NCBI GenBank assembly: GCA_020184695.1
Contig: JAANOX010000101.1
Location: 124,001-188,000 of the forward strand
Reading direction: 5' to 3'
DNA: 64,000 bases
Origin: Histomonas meleagridis 2922-C6/04-290x
Lineage: Eukaryota > Protista > Parabasalia
Shown: in pieces, positions 53,715 to 64,000 of the stretch
Layout: the number at the start of each line of letters is the position of its first letter
Position numbering within the stretch: position 1 is the stretch's first letter
Position numbers and translations under genes: made by a program
Notes under the pieces: generated by a model
Database searches by the model: none
The model's input: only the letters and a program-made list of their open reading frames with translations
Told to the model about the DNA's origin: nothing

Positions 53715-56700
53715 ATGCTCCAAAATTCAGAAGAAGATATTGTTGAAAACCAAGAAGACAAGAACTTACAAATATGTGAAAGCCTTGAAACTATTATTTT
53801 AAATTTGGATGAGACTAATATCCAAGCATCAGTTGAATCAACCATAAATTTACTTGATTTAAATTATATATATTCTTTTAACCTTATTATTTGTAAATTA
53901 ATATTTTCATCTTTTATTTCCCAAAAGAAAGAACCAAAAACATATTTTGATTTTTTGCAATCAGTTCAAACTAAAGAAGAAACATATAACATTCAAAGTT
54001 ACAATAAAATCATTGATATTTTTTTGCATTTTCTTTTATCGCTTAAAAGATCGGAATCATATTATCTTCTTGAGGAAAAGATTGAGCAAAATATAATTTC
54101 ATCTGATTTAATTTCCAATCAAAATTCATTATATTTTGCGCATTATAAAACAAAAGAAGAAATCAAATGTTTACAAAACAAAGATCCTTTTTATCAACAA
54201 TTCATTTCTAACATTAAAAGCTTAGAAGAAAATGATTGGCAACTTCATAAGAAATATGTTCATGAAGGAATTAATCCTTTAAAAATAGCAAAAATTATTC
54301 GAAATGATGAAATCGAAAAACTTCAAAAATTATCAACACAAACAAACTTTAACTTTAATCAAATAATTGAACCATCACTTTATGAAAAATTTACATTCAT
54401 TAATCAAAACGATGTTTCGCTTATTGATTATTCAGCATTTTTTGGTTCAATTAAATGTTTTAAATTCTTAATTATGAATGGTTCAACAAATTTAACAAAT
54501 ACAGGAAAATTTGCTGTAGCGGGTGGAAACATTGAGATTATACATATCTGTGAACAAAATCATGCAGCGTTTGAAGATTCTCCTGAAATAGCAATAGAAT
54601 TCCATCATAATGATATCTTTTATTATCTTTATCAAAGCAAAACTTTTCAAAGAAACTCAACAAAACTTAAAAAATTAGGAAAAACTTGTATCATAAATAA
54701 TAATTTCGAAATTCTTTCTTTTTTATTAAAAGAAGGAATGATAGTTAAAAAATCAATTATTAAAAAATGTGCAAAAATCGGAAATTTATTTTTATTGAAA
54801 TATTTTTCTAAAAGTTATAACTTGCCAAAACAAATTTTAGTTAATTCTGTTTCTTCAGGAAACATTGAATTAGTAAAATATGTTCTTAAACAAAAAGACA
54901 TTAAACTAAATACAAAAAATGTATTATTTGAATCTCCATTAATGAAAGCATGTATCGATAATCAAATCGAAATTGTAAAATTGCTTCTTGAACAAAATGG
55001 AATCGATGTAAATACCAAAGATTATTATTTAAAATATTTCACATTGATTTTTGTTAAAAGATGTTTTAAGCTAATATTTGGATTTTGTTCATTTGATTTT
55101 CTACACCACTTCTTATAGCTAGTAGAGATAATAAAATAGATATTGTTAAATTACTTCTTGAACATAAAGAAATTGATGTTAATTTGAAAAATGTTTAAAA
55201 TTTTGGTTTGATGTTTTTTTCGGAAGAATAAAGTTTAATTTTAATATTCGGAATTTAAATTTTATTTTTTGGTCTCCGATTATGCATGCTACTGAGAATG
55301 GACATTTAGAAATTATAAAGCTCTTACTTAATCATGAAGGAATTAATGTAAATACTAAAAGTGTTTTTTTGAATTAGTTAATTTTTGTTATGGAAATTTA
55401 GAATATTATAAAAATATTTGGAATTTATTTAATATATTTTGGTCACCGATTTCAATTGCTAGTGAAGATGGTTTAATAGAAGTTGCTAAGTTACTTCTTA
55501 ATCGAAATGATCTTGACTTAAATACAAAAAATATTTAAATTATATTTTTAATATACATTTAAAATATTTAATATTAAATTCAAGTATTCGATATTTATCT
55601 CAATAATTTTGGACACCTTTAATGTTTTCATGTATTAATAAACATTTTGATATTGTAAAACTTCTTCTAAATCGAAACGGAATTAATATTAATGCTCGTA
55701 ATGATTATGTATAATATTTGATATTAAATTTTTAAATTTGAAGTTTATCTTTAAATTTTGGAATTTAATCAAATTATTTTCTACTGCATTGATATGTGCA
55801 TGTCAAGGTTGTTCTATGAAAAACATTGCTAAACAGAAAAAACCAGATATTAATTCTAAATATTTGATGTTTAATATTTATTTTTGATATTTATTTTAAT
55901 CTTTCGAAAATGAATTATTTGTAAAATATGAAATAGAAAACACAGAAGTAGTTAAAATGATTCTTGATCAAGAAGGAATTAACCCAATCGCAAAAGATAT
56001 TTATTTATATAAAATCATGTTAATTTATTAAATTTTATATTTTATATTAATATTTGGAATTGTTTTAATGTATATGGATCAGCATTAATGTATGCGTGTA
56101 GAGATAATCATATTGAAATTGTAAAGTTACTTCTGGAACAAGATGGAATAAACATAAATGATCATGATATAAAATCAATTTTATTAATAATTATTTTGAT
56201 AATTTTTCGTTTTTTTTAAATAATAAGGAGTTTCATTCTTATATATTTTACTGCTTTAATGTTTGCATGTGAAAATGGAAATAAAGAAATTGTTCAAATA
56301 CTTCTTGAACAAGATGGTATCGATATTAATCTTAGTGATATCAATAACATTTATTTAGATTTTGTTTTTGTATTTTAGTATTTATAAAGAAAACATGGAT
56401 TTTATTAAAATATTATATAACACCTTTGATATGCTCAAGTAGAACAGGAAATCTTGAAGTTGTTAAATTATTAGTTGAACAAGAAGGAATTGATATTAAT
56501 AAGAAAGATATTTATATATACATTTTAATATTTTATAGAATTATTTGATGATTTATAAAATTATTTGGAATTCGAAAATAATTTTTGGAACTGCACTTTT
56601 CTGGGCATGCAAAAATGGTTGTACTGATGTTGTTGCATTTCTTCTTACATTTGAATTAATTGAACTTAATACAAAATATGTTTAACTATTTTGATCAAAA

Positions 56701-57904
56701 AGTATTTCATTCTTTTTCATTTTAAAATCATTTTTTGATATTAATTACCAAAATTTTGTGCTCCTCTTTTAATTGCTTGTAGATATGGTTATTATGAAAT
56801 TGTTAAATTACTTTTTACACATAAAGACACAGATGTTACAATCAAAGATATTTAATGATTAATTTTATAATTTGTTTAATAGTTTTAATGTTTTTAAGTT
56901 ATTTTTGGATTTTGTTCTAAATAAATAAAACACCTCTTTTAAGTGCATGTCGAAATGGATTTGATGAAATTGTTGAATTTCTTCTTGAACAAAATCAATA
57001 TGATATCAATTCAACAGATATTTTTCAATATTATTTAAAGTTTATATAAAAGAATTGATGTTTTCATTAATGTTTTGGATTTTATTATGAAGTGTTTGGA
57101 CGCCATTATTGTTAGCAAGTGGATTTGGCTTCACAGAAATCGTTAGATTACTTTTAAAAATTGATGGAATAGATGTTAATGTTAAAGAAGTTTGATTTAA
57201 TTACTTGTACTTTATTTTATTATTTTAAAGTTATCATTAAATTTTTGGAATTTGTTTAAAATACATTGGTCAGCGCTTACATGTGCATGTAAATTAGGAT
57301 ATTCAGAGACAGCTAAATTAATTCTTAAACAAAAAGATGTTGATGTAAATATTACAACAGTTAATTTAACTCAAAAAATATTTATAGAAATAATTTAAAG
57401 TTTTAAACAAAAATTTGGAATTTATTTTTGTTGTTTTATACACCTCTTATGTTGGCTTGCATGGATAAACATCTTGAAATAGTTAAGATATTGATTAGAA
57501 TGAAAGATATTGATCTTAATGCAAAAAACATTAATTTGTTTAATTTGAAAATTTTTTAGTAAATTGTTTGGAATTTAGTTTTTATACTTGATACAGCTCT
57601 GATAGTTGCAAGTTCTAAAGGACATATAGAAATTGTCGAATTACTTCTTAAGCAAAAAGGAATAGATGTAAATGCAAAAAATATTTTAATATTTTATAAA
57701 ATATTTGTTTTTAATAATATCAAGTTTCATTGTTATTTTTGGAATTTTTTGATTTAACTTAAAACAGCACTTCATTTAGCTAACGGAGTTCGCGAAATTC
57801 AGGAAATGCTTCTTAATCATAAGGATATTTTTGTAGGTAAGTTTTTAAATTCATCTATCCAAGAAGTTGAACTACGAAAAATAATAAGGTTAAAAGGTCT
57901 ATGA
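53715..57904 (+). CDS. DUF3447-type/ankyrin gene (array J) with one insert-free junction and about 17 inserts
   Basis: Repeats start at 54933, 55103, 55273, 55443, 55613, 55783, 56079, 56250, 56420, 56590, 56760, 56930, 57100, 57270, 57440, 57593 and 57764. Unique tail ends IIRLKGL*. Confidence 0.85.
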
Positions 57905-58043
57905 TTGTAATAATTAAGGATTTATATGTTAATTTAATAAAATTAATAAGAAAAAATTCGTTTTTTTTCAACAAGGAATTCTATGATTTATTTAAAGATT
58001 TCAATGGTTTACACGAATTCATTTAAAAATAAACGCGCCAGAA

Positions 58044-58565
58044 ATGGAATCTAAAACAAGAGCTGTTTCGCTTGAAGTATGGAAACAAAAAGAAGCAGAA
58101 AGAATAAAGCAACTACAAAGAAAAGAAATGGATATATTTATTAAAAAGATTAGGACGCAATGGAATGCACAACAAGCATCAGTTTCAAAAGAATGGGAAC
58201 AAAAAGAAAGCATGATATATGATGGATTTTCTAAAATTGAGTCACTTATAAATGATTTTAAAGCAGCTACATCAGAACAAAAATCTCTTGAAAAACAATT
58301 AAAAGATTTGGAAGTTGAATATGAAAAAATTCAAAAAATAAAAGTTGATAATACCAGAAACGAACGACTTAGTAACATTCATTCACTTCGTCTTGAGATA
58401 CAAAAACTCGAAGAAGAACTTACAAAATCAGATGCTGAATTAAGAGCAGCAATTGAATCCAAAAACAGATATAAAAGACTCTTTCTCGAGTCAAACAAAG
58501 TCCTCAGAGAAATTATTGAGCAACAAAAGAAAGAAAAAAAAGAAAGATCCGAAAATCAGAAGTGA
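58044..58565 (+). CDS. Coiled-coil protein, weak resemblance to the CEP120 C-terminal coiled coil
   Basis: AVSLEVWKQKE...W pattern followed by heptads. Confidence 0.55.
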   Translation: MESKTRAVSLEVWKQKEAERIKQLQRKEMDIFIKKIRTQWNAQQASVSKEWEQKESMIYDGFSKIESLINDFKAATSEQKSLEKQLKDLEVEYEKIQKIKVDNTRNERLSNIHSLRLEIQKLEEELTKSDAELRAAIESKNRYKRLFLESNKVLREIIEQQKKEKKERSENQK

Positions 58566-58584
58566 ATAAATTATTGTACATTTA

Positions 58585-59187
58585 TCAATTCTTTGTAATT
58601 TGTGTATTCATAAATTGCCGTACAGATTGCATTAATTCTTTGCAGCCTGTTATTGCTACATTAACTGCGTTAACTACAAATTGTGAATCAATGCTTCCAA
58701 TAACTTCAGTTTCAACAATTTCATCTTTTGACGGAAGTAATGCCACACGAATTGTGGTTTCACTTGGGGCAAATGGTACGAAATTCCCATTGACCAATCC
58801 GACTGTACAAGATATAACAAAATCGCTCATTTGAATTCCAGCATCTAAAAGAGCCAATGAGCCTGCGAGTGTGGTAGCATCAGCGATAGAGCCTCCTCTT
58901 GAAATTATTGTAATTGAAACTCTGATTAAAGTTTTAAAATAAACATCGTTACAAATAGCAGATGAAAAAATATGTAAAAATTTATGTTGTAGCCCTTCTA
59001 GAGGAGCATTTTGATCCCAAGCGTCTTCAATAACACAATCAATAATTCCTGTTTTTGAAGAATCTTGTTGATTTTCGGGTTCAATTGGCCCATAAACAGC
59101 AGCAAATACTTTTGTGCCATTTAGTTCAACATAAGAAGAACCAGCAGCTCCTTTAATATCTCCAATCCTAAGCCCAAGTTGTGTCAT
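58585..59187 (-). CDS. Exosome core subunit, RNase PH family (Rrp41/Mtr3-like)
   Basis: GAAGSSYVELNGTKVFAAVYGP and GSLALLDAGIQM motifs. Confidence 0.82.
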   Translation of the reverse strand: MTQLGLRIGDIKGAAGSSYVELNGTKVFAAVYGPIEPENQQDSSKTGIIDCVIEDAWDQNAPLEGLQHKFLHIFSSAICNDVYFKTLIRVSITIISRGGSIADATTLAGSLALLDAGIQMSDFVISCTVGLVNGNFVPFAPSETTIRVALLPSKDEIVETEVIGSIDSQFVVNAVNVAITGCKELMQSVRQFMNTQITKN

Positions 59188-59252
59188 CTAAATCAGAAGC
59201 TTTGGTCAGATGAAAATAAACCATTGAATTATCAGAAACCGATTTGAAAGTG

Positions 59253-59259
59253 TCACTTT
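59253..59259 (+). promoter_or_regulatory. Inr-like TCACTTT in a 77-bp divergent intergenic region
   Basis: Ends 5 nt before ATG 59265. The exosome gene starts at 59187 on the other strand. Confidence 0.55.
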
Positions 59260-59264
59260 TCATA

Positions 59265-60773
59265 ATGAGCAAAACTCCTCGCTCGCAGCTTCATGCAGAA
59301 ACAGTAACACTAACCTTTCTTCTCTCGTGCCAATACTGGAAGAACTTCAAAAGAAACATAAAAGTAGAGCATACTTTAAACGATGGAATTTATTGTACTG
59401 ATTTGGCAAGGAATCCAATAACCGAAGAAATGTGCCAAAAGTTGACAGCTTCAATTAATGAGATCCTTGAAAGCGATCAACCTATCGAGATAGTCACAAT
59501 GAAGCACTCAAAACTTTGCGATTATTTCCAAGAGCGAAATCAAATTGACAAAGTTAATGTGTTGAAAACATGGCAAGACAATGAAATCTCATGTATTAAG
59601 TATGAAGACTTTCTTGATTACATCATAGAGCCATGTTCAACTGATAAAGATCGACTCAAAATATTCGAAATTAGAAAATATGCAGATGGACTTGTTTTAC
59701 GATCACCAACATTTTTCGCAGGAGATGTAATTCCAGAATTCAAAGATCCAGAAGTACTTCATCAAATGTTCCAAGAATATTCAGAATGGGCCAAACTTCT
59801 CAAGTGTGAGTATGCTTCAAACCTCAACCAACTGATCTTTGATCGTAAAGTAGATGGAATCAAATGGGTTGCTGAAGGTCTTCATGAGCAAAAACTAGCC
59901 ACAATTGCAGATCATCTTGTAGCTAATTTCGACAAGAAGAAGATCATTACCATTGCCGGTCCATCATCCTCTAACAAGACCACATTTGCCAAACGTCTTG
60001 CAATCTCACTTCGTGTTGTCGGCTATCAATCAGTCATCATCGAAATGGACGACTACTTCAAGGACAACTCCGAGATCCCGTTCGGCCCCGACGGCCTTCA
60101 AGATTTTGAGCATGTTTCCACTCTCAACATCAAACTTTTGAGTGAGCGAGTTAACGATCTCCTGAGTGGCAAAACCGTTCCGCGCCGCAAATTTGTATTC
60201 AAAAAGGGTGTTGGCGAAGACAGCACCACTGAGTTCATCACTCTTCCTCCCAACTGCTTCCTTATACTTGAAGGCATCCACGGACTTAATCCTATTCTTC
60301 TTAACGCATTTGGAGCAGATCGAGTTTGTCCAATATATGTATCAGCACTTACTCCAATTAATATAGACTCAACTCATAGATTCCCAACAGCGTCATTACG
60401 TTTGATAAGAAGACTCGTTCGTGACTTTAAGTTCCGTGGTCATTCACCACGTAAAACTCTCCAAAGATGGGTAAGCGTCCGTAAAGGAGAAGAAAATAAT
60501 ATATTCCCATTCCAGGCAAACGCGGAGTTATTCTTTAACTCGGCATTGGTTTATGAGCTTCCAGTTTTGTCGATTTACGCAAAAGGACTTTTGGCTGAAG
60601 CATCAATTCCTGGTCCTGATGAAGATCCCGATTCTCCTCAATCACAAGAGGTAACAAAGGAGGCTTTGAGGCTTCAAGGATTCCTTAACTTCTTTTACCC
60701 ACTCTCTGTTGAAATAGTTCCACACACCTCTTGTTTAAGAGAGTTCGTTGGCGGTTCCGATCTAAAGTACTGA
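59265..60773 (+). CDS. Uridine kinase/phosphoribulokinase-family nucleoside kinase with a ThrRS-like N-terminal region
   Basis: IAGPSSSNKTTF P-loop, MDDYF, LEGIHGLNP, RLIRRLVRD and FNSALVYEL motifs of the bacterial-type long uridine kinases. Confidence 0.82.
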   Translation: MSKTPRSQLHAETVTLTFLLSCQYWKNFKRNIKVEHTLNDGIYCTDLARNPITEEMCQKLTASINEILESDQPIEIVTMKHSKLCDYFQERNQIDKVNVLKTWQDNEISCIKYEDFLDYIIEPCSTDKDRLKIFEIRKYADGLVLRSPTFFAGDVIPEFKDPEVLHQMFQEYSEWAKLLKCEYASNLNQLIFDRKVDGIKWVAEGLHEQKLATIADHLVANFDKKKIITIAGPSSSNKTTFAKRLAISLRVVGYQSVIIEMDDYFKDNSEIPFGPDGLQDFEHVSTLNIKLLSERVNDLLSGKTVPRRKFVFKKGVGEDSTTEFITLPPNCFLILEGIHGLNPILLNAFGADRVCPIYVSALTPINIDSTHRFPTASLRLIRRLVRDFKFRGHSPRKTLQRWVSVRKGEENNIFPFQANAELFFNSALVYELPVLSIYAKGLLAEASIPGPDEDPDSPQSQEVTKEALRLQGFLNFFYPLSVEIVPHTSCLREFVGGSDLKY

Positions 60774-61009
60774 AATAAATCAATGATTCTGCTTTGCTTC
60801 CGTGATTTCCATATTTATGACTTCCGAGGAAATATAAAAAAATTGAGTATATTACAATTTTATGTTGAGTAAATATAAAAAATATAGAAATTGTATACCG
60901 AATGTCTGTTCATTTTTGAGCATTGAAGACAAAATATTAATTCATATATACTATCATATATATTGATGAGATAGAATTTCTTTATATAAATGTTTAAATT
61001 CATTCTTTA

Positions 61010-62747
61010 CAGATTTGAATAAAAATGTACTAACCCCTGTTGCACTTTTTCAATTCACTTTTTTGAAAAAAACAAAAATATCCTTTTATCTACTTATTTG
61101 ATGAGAAAATAAACTTATATGTTTGTTGTCAATTTTTTTAGATTTTGTTGTTTTTATGTTTATAACTTAATATTGTCCTCAAGTGAAGTGATATGTTAAT
61201 TTTTAGAAATATTAATATTTTCACTTTCTTTCTTCACACATCAGATATTTTAAATTATTTGTGTGTTTATTCAAAAGAACCTTCTGGGAAGTATTCCTTG
61301 TTAATAAATCTCCACTTGGTGTTTCTTCGTTTTTAAGATAAAGTTGATTCATCAAAATTGATGTTCCATATTCCAAGTAATTCGAATGAATTTCTCACTT
61401 TTTCCTCATCAAAAATGATTCTCCTTAAGTTATCATCAAGTTCAGACATAATTCCAGCTCTTTCACAGCTAGCGCGCACATTTGTGCTGGTCGTAACCTG
61501 TTCATAAGCCCGAAATATTTTTTCGATTAAAGCAGCAACATCATTCAAAGTTTCCTTTGGAGTAAGTCCCTTTTTTACATTTTTTAGTTCACCAAATATT
61601 ACAAGATCAAGCATCTGGAAAATGTTTGAGGTATGGAAAAGAAATGTAATTACAATTACTCGATTTTTAGCGAGTATTTTCAAAATCTCGGGGTCACAAT
61701 GTGTTGAATGATTATATATTGATAAAACTGCGAATTCATTTGAAAATCCATCGATGGATACTCCTATGACTACTCACATATTATAATAGAAATACTTTGG
61801 TTATGTATTCATAAAATATATCTTTTGTCACATAAGGTGAATTATATATCGATATTTTTAAATCTATATCTTCCTTCACACATGTTCAAAAAATTTGTTT
61901 CGCTTGGGGGCTGGTAGCAATAACCATTGGCACAATTGCATCCCCTGCTGCGCTAACGCATGCTAGTTATGTTTGATGACTTACTGAGCGCTTTACTGGA
62001 ACCATTACTGATTTTTGGCATAAATTTCTAGGAGCAATAACAGTTTTTATTATCTTATCTTCCCACTCACTTGACCCCATTTCATCAATGTCAAACACAA
62101 GTTCAGCAGAAAGCTTCCCCGAACAAATATTTCTTTATATTTTCAATATGTTTGTCCAAAAAAATTCTTGGTACGCTCAATCTTGTGTTATCTTGGGGAA
62201 TTGCTTTTGTGAAACCGATTTGTTAAACGTTTTTTCCAAATAATCCCGAGAGCCATCCTTTTGATATTTCTTGATGAAACTGCTCTCTTATGTAGTGCAG
62301 AAGTTCTTATTTTGTAACAAATTTGTTTTTATCTGCCATATCAAATATATATTTCAATATTTGTTCTTTTTCTTCATCATAAAAAATTTTGGGACGTCCC
62401 AACTCTTTTTTTATGTTTTTTGCCTTTTTTCTGATATTTGCGATTACACCATGACTTGTGCCAAATATTTCTTTTAATCTTTTGTTATTTAGCAAAGTAT
62501 GGCATTCTGATTTGCAATACCCGTATAAAAATGACTTGTTCGTTTCTAGTTTGTAGCTCCAAAAAATCAGGATTTCTTAATGAAGCTCTTCGATCTGATA
62601 GGCTTAAGCTAGTGTGATTTAGCCTTTCTCTTAAGATATCAATCGAGATAGCTGGAGCTTTGCGTAGATCGCTTGTTTTTTACATTTTTCTCAAAAAAGT
62701 GAAGTGAAAAAGTGCAACAGGGGTTAGTACATTTTTATTCATATCTG
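61010..62747 (-). mobile_element. pogo/Fot1-like Tc1-mariner DNA transposon, 1738 bp, non-autonomous
   Basis: About 60-bp TIRs starting CAGAT(T/A)TGAATAAAAATGTACTAACCCCTGTTGCACTTTTTCA. TA flanks at 61008-61009 and 62748-62749. Decayed transposase inside. Confidence 0.9.
61300..62520 (-). pseudogene. Decayed DDE_1-type transposase
   Basis: Fragments GRPKIF (DNA-binding region), VFDIDEMG, YNHSTH and HTSNIFQMLDLVIFGELK in broken frames. Confidence 0.8.
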
Positions 62748-62765
62748 TATATACAAAATGTAATT

Positions 62766-64000
62766 TCATTCTTGTTCAAGAAGTAATTTAACTATTTCTG
62801 TATGACCATATTCAGATGCATATTCTAGTGCTGTATTAAATAATTTAAATAATTTCCAAATATTATTTTGAAATATAAAATTATTAAAACAAATATCAAA
62901 TAAAATAAATAAATATCTTTAGCATTAATATTAATTCCTTTTTGTTCAAGAAGTAATTTAACTATTTCTGTATAACCATATTCAGATGCATATTTTAGTG
63001 CTGTATTAAATATTTTGAATAATTTCCAAATATTATTTTGAAATATTAAATTATTAATATAAATTATATTTTTAGCATTAATATCAATTCCTTCTTGTTC
63101 AAGAAGTAATTTAACTATTTCCGTGTGATGATATCTAGTTGCTAAATTAAGTGCTGTATCAAATAATTTAAATAATTTCCAAATATTATTTTGAAATATA
63201 AAATTATTAAAACAAATTATATCTTTAGCATTTACATCAATTCCTTCTTGTTCAAGAAGTAATTTAATAATTTCTTTATGACCATTATCAGTTGCTTTCA
63301 TAAGTGCTGTAAAAAATAATTTGAAAAAATTCCAAATAATATTTTGAAAATCCAAATTATTAAAATATATTGGAAATAAAACAAATAAATATTTTTAGCA
63401 TTTACATCAATTCCTTCTTTTCCAAGAAGTAATTTAACTATTTCAATTATACCATAAAAAGACGCAATAATAAGTGCTGTATCATATAATTTAAATAATT
63501 TCCAAATATTATTTCGAAACAGAAAATTACTAAAACGAACATTAAATAAAATAAATAATCTTTAGCATTTACATCAATTCCTTCTTGTTCAAGAAGTAAT
63601 TTAACTATTTCTGTATGACCATATTCAGATGCATATTTTAGTGCTGTATTAAATAATTTAAATAATTTCCAAATATTATTTTGAAATATAAAATTATTAA
63701 AACAAATATCAAATAAAATAAATAAATATCTTTAGCATTAATATTAATTCCTTTTTGCTGTAAGATATAATTAACAAGTTCAATGTTTCCTGATTCTGCT
63801 GAGAAAACTAAAATATCATTTGGAATTTGATAAAATTTAAGAAAATATTTAGTGAGAAGCAAATTTCCAATTCTTGATGATTCATTGATAATATAGTTGT
63901 TAATTTTCATTCCTTTTTCTTGTAAAAATGAAAATATTTCATAATTATGATACAAAATACAAATTTTTCCTAATTCTTCTAAACTGTATGTTCTTAATAT
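62766..64000 (-). CDS. DUF3447-type/ankyrin gene (array K), 5' end beyond the window, 6 inserts
   Basis: On the + strand the TAL motif starts at 63639, 63472, 63302, 63149, 62996 and 62826. Ends LLEQE* at 62766, 18 nt from the transposon end. Confidence 0.8.

Noticed and set aside
55021-57904. Stop-codon reassignment or a simple -1 frameshift as the explanation
   Set aside because: Ordinary genes end normally at TAA/TGA. Insert lengths vary modulo 3, several copies stop right after the 5' flank, and no conserved slippery heptamer is seen.
59953-60366. Short alternative-frame and antisense ORFs in the track (here and over most long genes)
   Set aside because: They overlap well-supported CDSs, mostly use non-ATG starts and show no motifs. 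They are explained by codon bias.

Overview
This is AT-rich eukaryotic DNA that looks parabasalid (Trichomonas/Tritrichomonas-like). That is inferred from BspA-like LRR surface proteins, DUF3447-type ankyrin genes, TCA(C/T)TT initiators just before ATGs, stops fused to TAAA, and no GT-AG introns detected in the ordinary genes. The window holds about 18 compact non-ankyrin genes, including CacyBP, POP4/Rpp29, syntaxin 16, an RNase PH exosome subunit, an L-type lectin, a chromodomain protein, a uridine kinase-like protein and a bacterial-type Asp/Glu racemase. It also holds three tRNAs (Gly-GCC, Leu-AAG, Ile-GAU), a complete-ended but decayed pogo-like transposon, a hAT-like remnant and several pseudogene fragments. 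The main signal is in ten ankyrin arrays. Nearly every ankyrin repeat (about 85-90 junctions, counted by hand) is broken at the same loop position by a non-coding AT-rich insert. The spacing from the Asp/Asn codon to the Thr codon is usually exactly 80 nt, where an intact repeat needs 12 nt, giving a 170-nt period. The inserts carry TTTGGA fixed 26 nt before the Thr codon, have no usable GT-AG or AT-AC ends, and shift the frame or add stops, while the flanking ankyrin codons stay intact. One junction (54918-54935) has no insert. This suggests an unrecognised intron-like or ribosome-bypass system specific to ankyrin repeats. The mechanism cannot be proven from DNA alone. All counts and coordinates were read by hand, and no database searches were run.
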